Shown: positions 45,508 through 55,044 of the stretch, piece by piece | Layout: every line of letters begins with the position of its first letter | Numbering within the stretch: position 1 is the first letter of the stretch | Assembly (NCBI GenBank): GCA_963728565.1 | Contig: CAVSLC010000003.1 | Coordinates: forward strand, 87,039-151,038 | DNA from: an uncultured delta proteobacterium | GTDB taxonomy: Bacteria; Desulfobacterota; Binatia; UBA9968 | DNA: 64,000 bases | Reading direction: 5' to 3' | Program-made: the position numbers and the translations under genes | The notes under the pieces: generated by a model | What the model was told of the DNA's origin: nothing | What the model saw: the letters and a program-made list of their open reading frames with translations, nothing else | Database searches by the model: none

Positions 45508-46230
45508 ATGCCCTACGATTGCTGGCGCGGAATGGTTGGAATGATCAAACCGACCAAGGGTTCTGGCTCACTGGTCGAATTAATCAAGATGCTGCCGGAC
45601 GGCATCGGTGTGATCCCGCTGTTTAACAACGTGCGGCATGGAACGATCGAGGAGTTTCAGTCGGCGATCCCAGCGTATGAGGAAAAGATCGCCGAGTTGG
45701 CGGAAGACAAAGTCGATTTGATTCATCCGGCAGGCACGCCGCCTTTCATGCTGCTGGGCTACAAAGGCGAAGCGGAAATCATCCAACGATGGGAACGACA
45801 ATTCGGCATTCCTATTTTTACTTCCGGCACAAATCAGGTCGCCGCGATGAAAGCTCTTAAAATCAAAAAGTTCGTCGGCGTCGGCTATGACTTCGATGAT
45901 ACCAGCATCGTGGCAAGATATTTTAAAGACGCGGGCTTCGAAGTGCTCGAGCTCGGAAAGCTGCCGGGCCCGTGGGAAGAAGTCGGACGGCTTTCGTCGA
46001 AGGACATTTACTATCAAGCGAAACGTTTGTTTCTTCGCCATCCGCATGCCGACGGCATCTACTTTCAAGGCGGCAAGTTGCGCATTCTCGATATCGTCGA
46101 GGAGCTTGAGCAGGATCTAGGCGTGCCGGTGATCCATCCTGGCGTGACGCAATGTTGGGAGATCCAGAAACGTCTCCAAGTCAGAGTTCCGCGCAGCGGC
46201 TACGGCCGTCTGCTATCGGAGTTGCCGTAG
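45508..46230 (+). CDS. Asp/Glu racemase - maleate isomerase - arylmalonate decarboxylase superfamily protein
   Basis: Fold motifs (AMKALKIKK, YF..AGFEV, ELEQDLGVPVI, GYGRLL); GGAG SD. Confidence 0.75.
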   Translation: MPYDCWRGMVGMIKPTKGSGSLVELIKMLPDGIGVIPLFNNVRHGTIEEFQSAIPAYEEKIAELAEDKVDLIHPAGTPPFMLLGYKGEAEIIQRWERQFGIPIFTSGTNQVAAMKALKIKKFVGVGYDFDDTSIVARYFKDAGFEVLELGKLPGPWEEVGRLSSKDIYYQAKRLFLRHPHADGIYFQGGKLRILDIVEELEQDLGVPVIHPGVTQCWEIQKRLQVRVPRSGYGRLLSELP

Positions 46231-46279
46231 TTACTGCTGCCCTGGCTCAGTTCTTCGACCGCCTCCCACGGGTGAAGCA

Positions 46280-46498
46280 TCATTCTAGCGGGAACAGCTT
46301 CTTGCCCGTTTCTTCTTCCTCCACGACGATCGCTTTGGTAGGACAGAGTCTGGCGGCAAGAAGAATCTTGTCATCGCCATCGCCCTGGGGATCAACAACT
46401 TCAGCGATCATTTTGTTATCCAGCTGAAAAACTTTAGGAGCCGCCTGAACGCATCTCGCGTACCCTTCACATTTGGTTCTGTCCACAGTGATTTTCAT
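46280..46498 (-). CDS. Monocluster ferredoxin, probably [3Fe-4S]
   Basis: C-EGYAR-C ... CP pattern with the middle Cys replaced; GGAGG SD. Confidence 0.85.
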   Translation of the reverse strand: MKITVDRTKCEGYARCVQAAPKVFQLDNKMIAEVVDPQGDGDDKILLAARLCPTKAIVVEEEETGKKLFPLE

Positions 46499-46628
46499 TA
46501 AACCTCCGTCTCGGGCGTTGCAAGAACTTCATCCGATGTCGTCGATAGCCGCGGGCTCAACAAAAGGCCGCACCTCGGCTGCTGGCCCGAAGCACCTGTT
46601 ATCAGCACTTTTCTTCTCATCTTTGAAG

Positions 46629-47654
46629 CTACTTCAGATACTCTTTCAATTTGGCAACGAGAGCAGGCTCGAGCTGCAGAATCTCTCTGACGTTTTGTTC
46701 GAGCGTCGCGCCGTCTTCGGGATTGATGTCTAGGTTGGCTTTTTTGGCTTCGGCGAGAAACTCCGGATCTTTCATCGTCGCCATGAATGCCTTGCGCAGT
46801 GTCTGCACTCGATCCGCCGGTGTGTTGGGCGGCAACACGTACGGCCGCACCGTAGGGCCGTGCACGCGCGCCACCGTGGAGATCAGTCTCTTCGCCTCTT
46901 CGCTTTTTGCATAGTCGAGTGCCATCGGCAGCTTCGGATGCTCGGGATGCGGCTTGAGCGTTGCCTGAAGTATCAGCTTCAAATCGCCGCTTTCCAGCTC
47001 CTGGCGCCACGTCGACTTGGTCGATTCCCAGGAGTTGCTTAGGCCGGCAACTTCGCCGCTGTTGAACGCCAGACGAACGTCGGCGGTGCCTTTGTAGCCG
47101 GAAACAAGCTGAATCGGCAGGCCAAGCGTCGCCTTTAGGATGTTCGGGAAGTCGTCGGAGCCTGAGCCTGAGGCGACCCCGCCGAATTTCACCACCTGCT
47201 TGGATGCCATCCAGGATTCGACGTCTGCGATCCCGGTGGACTTGGCTAGCCCGATAACGAAATTGTCCTGGGCGGGAACGCCGACGAACTGAAACTTAGC
47301 GGCATCGAATTCGATACCCGGTTTGCCTAGCAGTTGCTGAAGAAAGAGCCCGCCGATGAAATGACCAATGGTAAGCCCGTCCGGCCGCGCGGCTTTAAAG
47401 GTGTAGTTTGCTGAAATCATGCTGCCGGCGCCAGGCATATTTTCGACGATCATGCCGGGATTTCCGGGGATATGTCTCATCATATGACGAGCGAGAGTCC
47501 GGGTGTAAGCGTCATAGCCGCCGCCGGCAGTGAAGCCGACGATTAACCGGATAGATTTGCCCTCAAAAAAATTTGTCTGCGCCAATGCCTGATTGGATTC
47601 GCCGGCGAAAGCGCCGAGAAATACGATCGAGAGCGCGAGCAGTAATCTCTGCAT
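46629..47654 (-). CDS. Tripartite tricarboxylate transporter substrate-binding protein (TctC/Bug-like)
   Basis: Signal peptide; GGGYD..R, ENMPGAG, PDGLT, GYKG, DPEFLAEA. Confidence 0.88.
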   Translation of the reverse strand: MQRLLLALSIVFLGAFAGESNQALAQTNFFEGKSIRLIVGFTAGGGYDAYTRTLARHMMRHIPGNPGMIVENMPGAGSMISANYTFKAARPDGLTIGHFIGGLFLQQLLGKPGIEFDAAKFQFVGVPAQDNFVIGLAKSTGIADVESWMASKQVVKFGGVASGSGSDDFPNILKATLGLPIQLVSGYKGTADVRLAFNSGEVAGLSNSWESTKSTWRQELESGDLKLILQATLKPHPEHPKLPMALDYAKSEEAKRLISTVARVHGPTVRPYVLPPNTPADRVQTLRKAFMATMKDPEFLAEAKKANLDINPEDGATLEQNVREILQLEPALVAKLKEYLK

Positions 47655-47697
47655 AGATCCTCCGGAAACAATGTATATCTTTGTGAACGATGGCGCG

Positions 47698-48726
47698 TCA
47701 GCTTGGATTCAAAATGCTGTTGAGCTTGGCCGCCAATGCCGGATCAAGCTTGAAGATGCCCGATACCAGCCGTTCCATCTCCTGCCCGGTAATCGGTTCA
47801 ATTTCGAGATTAGCCTTTTTCGCATCCGCGAGAAATTCGCCGTCTTTCATCGTGGCGTCGAAAGCTTGGCGCAGAATCTCGACGCGCTGCTTGGGAGTGC
47901 GCGGCGGCGCCACGTAGGGACGATAGAACTCCGCGGCGTCTTCGATGCCAGCCTTGAGCAGCTGGCGCGCTTCATCCGATTTAGCGAGACTTTGGGCCAG
48001 CGGTACATTGGGCAGGTCGCGGTGTGGTTTGGATACGAGCTGGAGCACGACGACCGCCTCACCGGTCTGGATCCCTTTATTCCACGTCGACCGAATCGAA
48101 TCCCACGTCCAGCAACCGCCGGCGAGCTCTCCGCTCTCGGCCGCCAGGCGAATCTCCGATGTTCCTTTGTAACCGGCAACAAGTTGGATGGGTAGCGCGG
48201 TGGTCGCTGCAAGCATACGCGCAATGTCATCGGGGGCGCCGCCGCCGATACCGCCGATCTTCACCGGCGTTTTGGCCGCCAGCCATCGCTCTACGCTGGT
48301 GATACCGCTTGCCTTGGTGAGGGCGCAAGCGCGGGTTTCCCTGATCGGCGATCCGAGAAATTCGTATTTCGTTGCCTCGAATTCGAGTCCGGGGCGCTTG
48401 AAGAGCTGATGGAGAAACCAGCCTCCATGAAAATGACCGATCGTCAAACCATCGGGTTTGGCAACGTTATACATATGATTGGCGGCAATCAGGTGGCCGG
48501 CGCCCGGCATATTTTCCACTACGATAGCGGGCTGTCCCGGAATATGTTTGCCGAAGTGGCGCGCCAAGCTGCGTGTGTAGGTGTCGAAGCCGCCGCCGGC
48601 CGAAGTGCCGACGATGATCCGGACGGTTTTCCCCTGATAAAAGGAGTCTTGAGCGAACGTCGCTGCCGGAGCGTTTAGCAGGACACAAATCATGATCAGA
48701 ACTAACCATCGGAATGGCAATTCCAT
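47698..48726 (-). CDS. Tripartite tricarboxylate transporter substrate-binding protein (TctC/Bug-like)
   Basis: Paralog of the neighbour: GGGFD..R, ENMPGAG, PDGLT, GYKG. Confidence 0.88.
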   Translation of the reverse strand: MELPFRWLVLIMICVLLNAPAATFAQDSFYQGKTVRIIVGTSAGGGFDTYTRSLARHFGKHIPGQPAIVVENMPGAGHLIAANHMYNVAKPDGLTIGHFHGGWFLHQLFKRPGLEFEATKYEFLGSPIRETRACALTKASGITSVERWLAAKTPVKIGGIGGGAPDDIARMLAATTALPIQLVAGYKGTSEIRLAAESGELAGGCWTWDSIRSTWNKGIQTGEAVVVLQLVSKPHRDLPNVPLAQSLAKSDEARQLLKAGIEDAAEFYRPYVAPPRTPKQRVEILRQAFDATMKDGEFLADAKKANLEIEPITGQEMERLVSGIFKLDPALAAKLNSILNPS

Positions 48727-48947
48727 GCTCGCCTCCTGTCGCCGTCAAGCTGCGCGGAATCTATGGAAAACAAAACTTTGTGTCAAGTTGATTATTCTTC
48801 ACGGGATGAACAGTTCGGTACTATGAGTGATGGGTTGAAGACCGAGGCGCGGGTGCGCTCGGAGTGACTTACCGAATCGATCATCAGAACTGTCGGAGCT
48901 TCGCTTAACAGGACGAGTTCATTTCGAATCGCTCGGCAATCCGTCGT

Positions 48948-48976
48948 TTGACAGGGTAGTCGTACCGCTGTAAATT
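48948..48976 (+). promoter_or_regulatory. Putative sigma70 promoter
   Basis: TTGACA-N17-TAAATT upstream of the VOC gene. Confidence 0.65.
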
Positions 48977-48985
48977 TTCATAAAC

Positions 48986-49888
48986 ATGTTTGGTAGGGCA
49001 ACGAGCGATCAAATGGAATCCGCACGAGACAGGGGCATGATCAAGCCCATTGCGCTTTCGGCGACTCACATGGAATGCCGCGATTTGCATGAATCCATGG
49101 CCGTGCTGACCGATCTTCTGGCCTTTGAAAAAGTTGCCGAGAAGCCGGGTGAAGCGATATTGAAGCATCCGAACACGCATTGGCTGTTGGTGGTTCATGA
49201 GGCTGGCCCGGATGCGCCGACCAAGCAGATGCATAATCATTGGGGTGTGCGCGTGGCGACGACCGAAGAGGTGGACAGGGCCTATGAGTATCTGAACGCG
49301 CACAAGGCCGAGTACAAACTCGGCGCTATCGGCAAGCCGCTGTGGAATCACGGCTCGTACTCCTGCTACTTCGTTGAGCCAGGAACCAACGGCTGGGAAA
49401 TCGAGTCCTATGAAGCGGTCAACCGAAAAGAATCGGCCAAAGCAAAAGCAGGCGGGGTGCGCGGGCCGCACTGGACGAGTCACTTCCCGGAAGAGCGCTT
49501 CCCAGGCCGCGGCTACGTGCCTCAGGGGTTTACCCATGGTACCCTCGTAGCCCGTGACATGAACGTCAATCGTAAATTTTACACCGAAGTGTTGGGACTG
49601 GAAGTTCATCAAGCCAACGACCATGTGATCTACGTCAAGCATCCGAACACTAAAACATACATCGTCTGCGCCGAGCGCAAAGAGTTCAAAGTTTTCTCGC
49701 CGAACTTTCGCAATACTTTGACCGTCGAATCGAACGAAGCGGTCAAAGAGGCATATCGCCTGCTCTCGGAAGAGGGAGACAGTCTAGGTGTCACTGAGTT
49801 GTTCCCGATCAATGAGAACGGCTCGTCGAATTCCTTCTTTTTTCGAGACCCCGGCACCAACTGCTGGGAAATTACCTCACACAGCTAG
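48986..49888 (+). CDS. Two-domain VOC (glyoxalase/extradiol dioxygenase-like) protein
   Basis: Repeated YF.(E/D)PG.N.WEI motifs, FYTEVLGL; start could be 48986, 49013 or 49037. Confidence 0.82.
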   Translation: MFGRATSDQMESARDRGMIKPIALSATHMECRDLHESMAVLTDLLAFEKVAEKPGEAILKHPNTHWLLVVHEAGPDAPTKQMHNHWGVRVATTEEVDRAYEYLNAHKAEYKLGAIGKPLWNHGSYSCYFVEPGTNGWEIESYEAVNRKESAKAKAGGVRGPHWTSHFPEERFPGRGYVPQGFTHGTLVARDMNVNRKFYTEVLGLEVHQANDHVIYVKHPNTKTYIVCAERKEFKVFSPNFRNTLTVESNEAVKEAYRLLSEEGDSLGVTELFPINENGSSNSFFFRDPGTNCWEITSHS

Positions 49889-49892
49889 ATCC

Positions 49893-50921
49893 ATGATCGA
49901 AAAACCATTGGAGCAAATGGGGCTGCGCGAGCTTCGCGAGATCGCCCGCCGGACCATGCCGGCCGAGGCTTGGCATCATTTCGACGGCGCCGCTGAAACC
50001 AAGGCGACGTTTCATCGAAATCCGCGGGCCTTCCGTCAATACATGTTTCGACAAAGGATTTTCCACGACATTACCGATCCGGACATTGGAATCGAGCTCT
50101 TCGGCCACAAGCTGCCGATCCCGGCCATTACCGCGCCGGTGGGTAGTTTCAGTCTGATTGGCAAAGACGCAGAACGGGAAGTCGCCGAAGGCACCGATCG
50201 GGTGGGCGCTATGATGTTTGTCAGCCAGGCGGCTAAATTCAATCCGCGGGATTGGCGCAACGCATCGAAGTCGCCGTTTGTCTTCATGGCATACATGAAC
50301 CGCGGCCGAGAAGAAGTAGCTGAATACGCCAAGCTCGCTCAGGACCTCGGCTTTGCTGCCGCGGGCATAACGATGGATACGGTGCGACCGGTTAAGATCG
50401 GCGATGAAGTGCCGTTGTCGACCAAGGACGGTAAGCCGAGGAAGGGACACAAGTCTTCGCCTAAAGACATCGAGTGGCTCAAGCAACAAGTGTCATTACC
50501 AGTGGTGGTCAAGGGCATTATGAGCGCGGAGGATGCTCATGACGCGGTCAACGCTGGCGCCGATGCCCTGGTCGTTTCCAATCACGGTGGCAGAATCCTA
50601 GATTTTAATCGAGCGGCATTGGAGGTGTTGCCTGAAGTGGTTGCCGCCGTTGGCGCCCAGGTGCCGGTGCTGCTCGACAGCGGAATTCGCAGCGGCGGCG
50701 ACATTGTTAAAGCCATTGCTTTGGGCGCGAAAGCGGTCCTGGTCGGACGTCCCGTAGCCTGGGGTGTCGGCGCTTTCGGCGCCCGTGGGGTCGAACGGGT
50801 TTTCGCAATCTTAGCAGAAGAAATGCAGCGGGTTCTGACGATGACCGGCGTTGCCTGTGTTGCTGACGTGAGCCAATCGATATTGGTTTGCGATGATCTG
50901 GGTGGCAGGTGGAGGCGATGA
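49893..50921 (+). CDS. FMN-dependent alpha-hydroxy acid oxidase family protein
   Basis: VVKGI, SNHGGR, DSGIRSGGD..KA.ALGA...GRP. Confidence 0.92.
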   Translation: MIEKPLEQMGLRELREIARRTMPAEAWHHFDGAAETKATFHRNPRAFRQYMFRQRIFHDITDPDIGIELFGHKLPIPAITAPVGSFSLIGKDAEREVAEGTDRVGAMMFVSQAAKFNPRDWRNASKSPFVFMAYMNRGREEVAEYAKLAQDLGFAAAGITMDTVRPVKIGDEVPLSTKDGKPRKGHKSSPKDIEWLKQQVSLPVVVKGIMSAEDAHDAVNAGADALVVSNHGGRILDFNRAALEVLPEVVAAVGAQVPVLLDSGIRSGGDIVKAIALGAKAVLVGRPVAWGVGAFGARGVERVFAILAEEMQRVLTMTGVACVADVSQSILVCDDLGGRWRR

Positions 50922-51481
50922 TTTGGCTATTTTGGGCGGTCCTTCTTGTGATCGCAGTTTGGCTGATTTGGACTTACAACGGCTTGGTGGCGCTGCGGCA
51001 TCAGATCGAGAATGCCTGGAAGCAGATCGATGTGCAGCTTAAACGACGTTATGACTTGATTCCGAATCTTGTCGAAACCGTCAAGGGCTACATGCAACAC
51101 GAGCAGGATACCTTGCAAAAAGTCATCGATGCGCGAAGCAGAGCCATGGCCTCGACCGGAGTTAAAGAAAATGCTGAAGCGCAAACTGCGTTAACCCAGT
51201 CACTAGGGCAAATTTTCGCGCTGATGGAAAATTATCCGGATCTGAAAGCGAATCAGAACGTGCTGCGCCTTCAGGAAGAATTGACCACCACTGAAAATCA
51301 AATTGCCTTTGCCCGGCAATACTATAACGATCTGGTCATGCGTTATAACATGAAACAGGAAGTGTTTCCGTCCAACGTTATTGCCGGCTTCTTCCGCTTC
51401 CAGCCGAGCGAATTCTTCTCCGTTCCCGAAGCGGAACGAGCGGTGCCGCGCGTGAGCCTTAAACTGTCCCTCCTCTTTTAG
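50918..51481 (+). CDS. lemA: LemA family protein
   Basis: YNGLV, IDVQLKRRYDLIPNLV, YPDLKANQN; N-terminal TM; ATGA overlap with upstream gene. Confidence 0.92.
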   Translation: MIWLFWAVLLVIAVWLIWTYNGLVALRHQIENAWKQIDVQLKRRYDLIPNLVETVKGYMQHEQDTLQKVIDARSRAMASTGVKENAEAQTALTQSLGQIFALMENYPDLKANQNVLRLQEELTTTENQIAFARQYYNDLVMRYNMKQEVFPSNVIAGFFRFQPSEFFSVPEAERAVPRVSLKLSLLF

Positions 51482-51490
51482 GCCGGCAAA

Positions 51491-52495
51491 CTGGATATCC
51501 TCAAGTCGCGAGATTTCGCTGAACGTCAAGCCCGCAATCGCCGGATCAGCGCGTTCATCGTGTTTTGCTTTTTGTTATTCTTTTTTCTCATAGGGCTGTC
51601 TATCGATTACCTCTACCTGGACGCGTTTACTGCGCGCGGGCCTTCGGTTCCCATTGCTACAGTGATCGCGCTGGGTCTTTCGGCGACACTGACATATACA
51701 GGTTACCGCCAGGGCAGCAAATTGATTCTGTCGTCGGTCGGCGCCGAACCATTAGACATCCAAATACCCGAGCATCGCGAACTGCACAATGTGGTCACAG
51801 AGATGGCGCTGGCATCGGGCTGCCGGATGCCGAAAGTCTATGTCACGTACGATCCCGCGCCCAACGCATTTGCCACCGGGCGAGATCAGGAATCGGCGGC
51901 GATTTGCGTCACCACCGGGCTGTTGACCTTGCTCGGCCGCGAGGAAACTCAAGGCGTGGTGGCCCATGAAATGGCGCATATCAAAAACAATGACACATTA
52001 GTCATGCTGCTGATCAGCGTCCTCCTTGGTGGTGTGGTTCTGCTCTCCGACTGGGCACAGCGCTCGATCTTTGGCGCGCGACCTCTGCGGCGCCCAAGTG
52101 GCCAGGCGTTGCTGGCGATTCCGGCATTGCTGTTGATCGTCATCTCTCCTTTGATCTCGCGGCTCTTGGCAATGGCGGTGTCGCGACAGCGCGAGTATTT
52201 AGCCGATGCCACCGCCGTCGAGTTCACCCGCAATCCGCGGGGCCTGGCAATGGCTTTGGAAAGGATCCGCGATGCCGGGATGCCGTTTCAGAAAGCGACG
52301 CGCGGCACCGCCCATCTTTTTTTCATCAACCCGTTGCGCCGGCGCCTCGATGGCAGCGACGGGAAACTCGCTGATCTATTGAGCAGCCATCCGCCGATCA
52401 ATCGGCGGATTATGCTGCTGTATCAAATGGGGGCTTTGCCGCGATCTGCAGCGCAGTTCGGGTTTGAAGCCATCGATGTGCAAGGAGCGCGCTGA
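51491..52495 (+). CDS. HtpX-like M48 membrane zinc metalloprotease (start uncertain)
   Basis: PNAFATG, AHEMAH, SRQREYLADA, SHP; family N-terminus QARNRR lies upstream of the 51560 ORF start. Confidence 0.88.
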   Translation: MDILKSRDFAERQARNRRISAFIVFCFLLFFFLIGLSIDYLYLDAFTARGPSVPIATVIALGLSATLTYTGYRQGSKLILSSVGAEPLDIQIPEHRELHNVVTEMALASGCRMPKVYVTYDPAPNAFATGRDQESAAICVTTGLLTLLGREETQGVVAHEMAHIKNNDTLVMLLISVLLGGVVLLSDWAQRSIFGARPLRRPSGQALLAIPALLLIVISPLISRLLAMAVSRQREYLADATAVEFTRNPRGLAMALERIRDAGMPFQKATRGTAHLFFINPLRRRLDGSDGKLADLLSSHPPINRRIMLLYQMGALPRSAAQFGFEAIDVQGAR

Positions 52496-53063
52496 AGTGG
52501 TGCGTTGCCCGCAATGCGAAGTGCCGATGAAGCCGGTCACTGCGCGCGCCAATCCGGGCTCGCTTATCGAGCTGGATCAATGCGGCCAATGCGGCGGTAT
52601 CTGGTGCGATAAATGGGAGCTTTTCCCGATACAAGCCGGTGAAGCGGCGCGTCTGGAGCCCGCCGACCAGGAACTCCTCCGGGTGCCGCTGGCTTTAGTT
52701 AAAAAAGAACTTTTTTGCCCGCGCTGTACCGCCCGAATGTCGGCGGTCAAGGAACCTTCACTAGGAGCGGATGTTCAGTTTCTACGCTGTTTCAAGTGCG
52801 ACGCGATCTGGCTTAATCGCGGGCAGTTTACGCGCTACAAGAACCACCAGGAAAAAGTTCGCCGCAAAAATATGGGTGCCAAGACAACTGGCAAGAAGCT
52901 AACCAAAACCGACGGTGACGAAAAATCCTCGGTGGTCACCGGCACCAAGGGAATGTTCGCATACCCGCCGGGCGAAGAAATCATCAAAACCGGCACCGAT
53001 TCTTTGACTAACATCGCGGAGACGGTGCTGCAGAAACTACTGCGGATGGTGTCACGCACTTAG
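52476..53063 (+). CDS. Tandem zinc-ribbon (zf-TFIIB-like) protein
   Basis: CPQC..CGQCGGIW and CPRC..CFKCDAIW. Confidence 0.75.
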   Translation: MCKERAEVVRCPQCEVPMKPVTARANPGSLIELDQCGQCGGIWCDKWELFPIQAGEAARLEPADQELLRVPLALVKKELFCPRCTARMSAVKEPSLGADVQFLRCFKCDAIWLNRGQFTRYKNHQEKVRRKNMGAKTTGKKLTKTDGDEKSSVVTGTKGMFAYPPGEEIIKTGTDSLTNIAETVLQKLLRMVSRT

Positions 53064-53078
53064 CAGATCGTTCTCGCC

Positions 53079-53459
53079 CTACACCTCTGCAATCATATCG
53101 ATCTCGACCAGCGCTCCCCGAGGTAGTTCCGTCACCGCCACCGTTGACCTGGCTGGCGTAGCCTTACCGAGATGCTCGGCATAAACTTCATTCATCGCGG
53201 CAAAATCGGTCATGTGGCGCAAAAATACCGTTGCCTTGACCACTTGATCCATCGATGTTCCCGCCGCTTTCAAAACCGCTGCGAGGTTGGCAAAGACTTG
53301 GCGCGTCTGGGCGGCAGCGCCGCCCTCGATCATCTCGCCGCTCTCAGGGAGAATAGCGATTTGCCCGGCGGTGTAGACAAAACCGTGTGCTTTAATCGCC
53401 TGCGCATAAGGGCCGATTGCTTTTGGAGCTTCACTGGTTTGGACTATTTCTCGACTCAT
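53079..53459 (-). CDS. ridA: RidA family enamine/imine deaminase
   Basis: APKAIGPY.QA, F..MNEVY, PARS, LP.GALVEI. Confidence 0.92.
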   Translation of the reverse strand: MSREIVQTSEAPKAIGPYAQAIKAHGFVYTAGQIAILPESGEMIEGGAAAQTRQVFANLAAVLKAAGTSMDQVVKATVFLRHMTDFAAMNEVYAEHLGKATPARSTVAVTELPRGALVEIDMIAEV

Positions 53460-53575
53460 GATTTTCTCCTTATGATGATAGCGTGCCGGGTGCACGCGAT
53501 GTAATCCTGATCGAGGCAAGCAATGTTCAATTCGCTTCCTTGCAGTTGCTGCGAGCTTGGTGTTTCACTAATGCC

Positions 53576-53767
53576 ATGAGATTGATTACCGCCCATCGGA
53601 TACTGATCGCCACCTCGATCATCTTTTTCTTCGGCTTTTCATTTTGGCAGTTGTCGCGATATCTACAATCCGGCGATGGCTGGGCACTGTTTCAGGCGGC
53701 CGGCTATTTTCTTGCCGCAATCGCTTTTGCCGTCTATTTCATGAATATCAAACGATGGTACAGATAG
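53576..53767 (+). CDS. Small two-TM membrane protein
   Basis: 63 aa, two hydrophobic helices, H..LI motif. Confidence 0.65.
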   Translation: MRLITAHRILIATSIIFFFGFSFWQLSRYLQSGDGWALFQAAGYFLAAIAFAVYFMNIKRWYR

Positions 53768-53782
53768 TTTTTGATTGTCCGC

Positions 53783-54064
53783 ATGGAACCGACTTCGTTT
53801 CTAGTCACGGTCAGTGAAGAAGAAATCCGCCGTGAGCGCCGAAAGGCTCGAGAGCTGCGTGCCAGCCAGTGGTGGAAGCGCAAGCAAGCCCTTGGCCTCT
53901 GCCACCACTGCGGCGGCAAATTCCCGCCGGCAATTTTGACCATGGATCATCTTGTGCCGATCATTCGAGGTGGTAAATCCATCAAAGGGAATCTTGTGGC
54001 TAGTTGCAAAAAATGCAATTCCGAACGCCAACACCGGCTGCCGTTCGAAGAAACTCCCCGGTAG
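53783..54064 (+). CDS. Small HNH endonuclease
   Basis: CHHC...TMDHLVPI.RGG....NLV.SCKKCN. Confidence 0.88.
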   Translation: MEPTSFLVTVSEEEIRRERRKARELRASQWWKRKQALGLCHHCGGKFPPAILTMDHLVPIIRGGKSIKGNLVASCKKCNSERQHRLPFEETPR

Positions 54065-54220
54065 AATATCATCGCCATTCTTCAATGCGCTGTGCGTTTT
54101 CTCCTACGTTGCCCTGCTGTGAAGCTGAAATTTGTCCGCGGTCCCGACGCATAGGAACACGCCAGACTGTCTTGCCAGCTCATTTGGCTTCGAATAGTAT
54201 CGCTTGTCTGGAGGCATCCC

Positions 54221-54961
54221 ATGGGAACCGTGACATTTTTGGTTAGGACAATGTCCGATACGGTGGAGACCGACATTCAAAGGGTTCTCACAATCACCAC
54301 GGAGATTCTGCCCAAGTATGGACTTCATCCGCTGCCGTTTGAACGGTTGCGTAAGATTGCCGACGGCCCCTTCGATTTGTTTCTGATCCCTTTGGTTTTC
54401 GCCGATGAGTACAAAGCGGACGCCAACCTAATCTTCAATGAAAAAAAGCGCCTGGAGATACGCACCCAGGCGCTGGAGATCGCCCGGAAACACAGCTTCG
54501 ACACCAAACCTCCGAATTTCGTTCCTGGAATCGAGGAGTCGCTGAAAAGCACTCAGGGCGCCGGGCTGCGCAATGTGCTATTGACCACGGGTGGACGAAG
54601 ATATCAACATCACGCGATGGAGACTTTCGGCATTGGCAAATACTTCGCTGAAATCGTTGATCGCGACGAGACCTACTATGCGAAAGAACAGGGGCTGTAC
54701 TATCTGTTCAGAGAGCACAAGCTGCCGAGCTTGAGGCTTGTCTTACTCACTGGAACTGCATCCTATATTCGCGCGGGGAACAATGTGGATGGATGTAAAG
54801 TCGCGGGCAATCATCTCGAAGTCGTCACGATTGCGCTCTCCAATGGATACTCCTACAACGATGAAGAGACCTTGATGGCTGCTAGACCGAAGATTCTGAT
54901 TCACAGCCATGATGAATTAATGCCGGTGTTGAAAGAAAACGGACTATTGCCTGAGGCATAG
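54221..54961 (+). CDS. HAD-like fold protein lacking canonical catalytic Asp residues
   Basis: PGIEESL, LLTTG, GIGKYF, C-terminal A.P...I.S..EL typical of HAD subfamily I; no DxD. Confidence 0.55.
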   Translation: MGTVTFLVRTMSDTVETDIQRVLTITTEILPKYGLHPLPFERLRKIADGPFDLFLIPLVFADEYKADANLIFNEKKRLEIRTQALEIARKHSFDTKPPNFVPGIEESLKSTQGAGLRNVLLTTGGRRYQHHAMETFGIGKYFAEIVDRDETYYAKEQGLYYLFREHKLPSLRLVLLTGTASYIRAGNNVDGCKVAGNHLEVVTIALSNGYSYNDEETLMAARPKILIHSHDELMPVLKENGLLPEA

Positions 54962-55044
54962 CATCGATACTGAGATCGATAAACCAAGTTTTGAGCTAAA
55001 TCGATCACCTATTTAGTCGCTAACGATCCATTCAAGGAGACAGC

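Noticed and set aside
53783-54064. HNH nuclease as a defence system or mobile element
   Set aside because: Small stand-alone HNH with no methylase, integrase, repeats or defence neighbours
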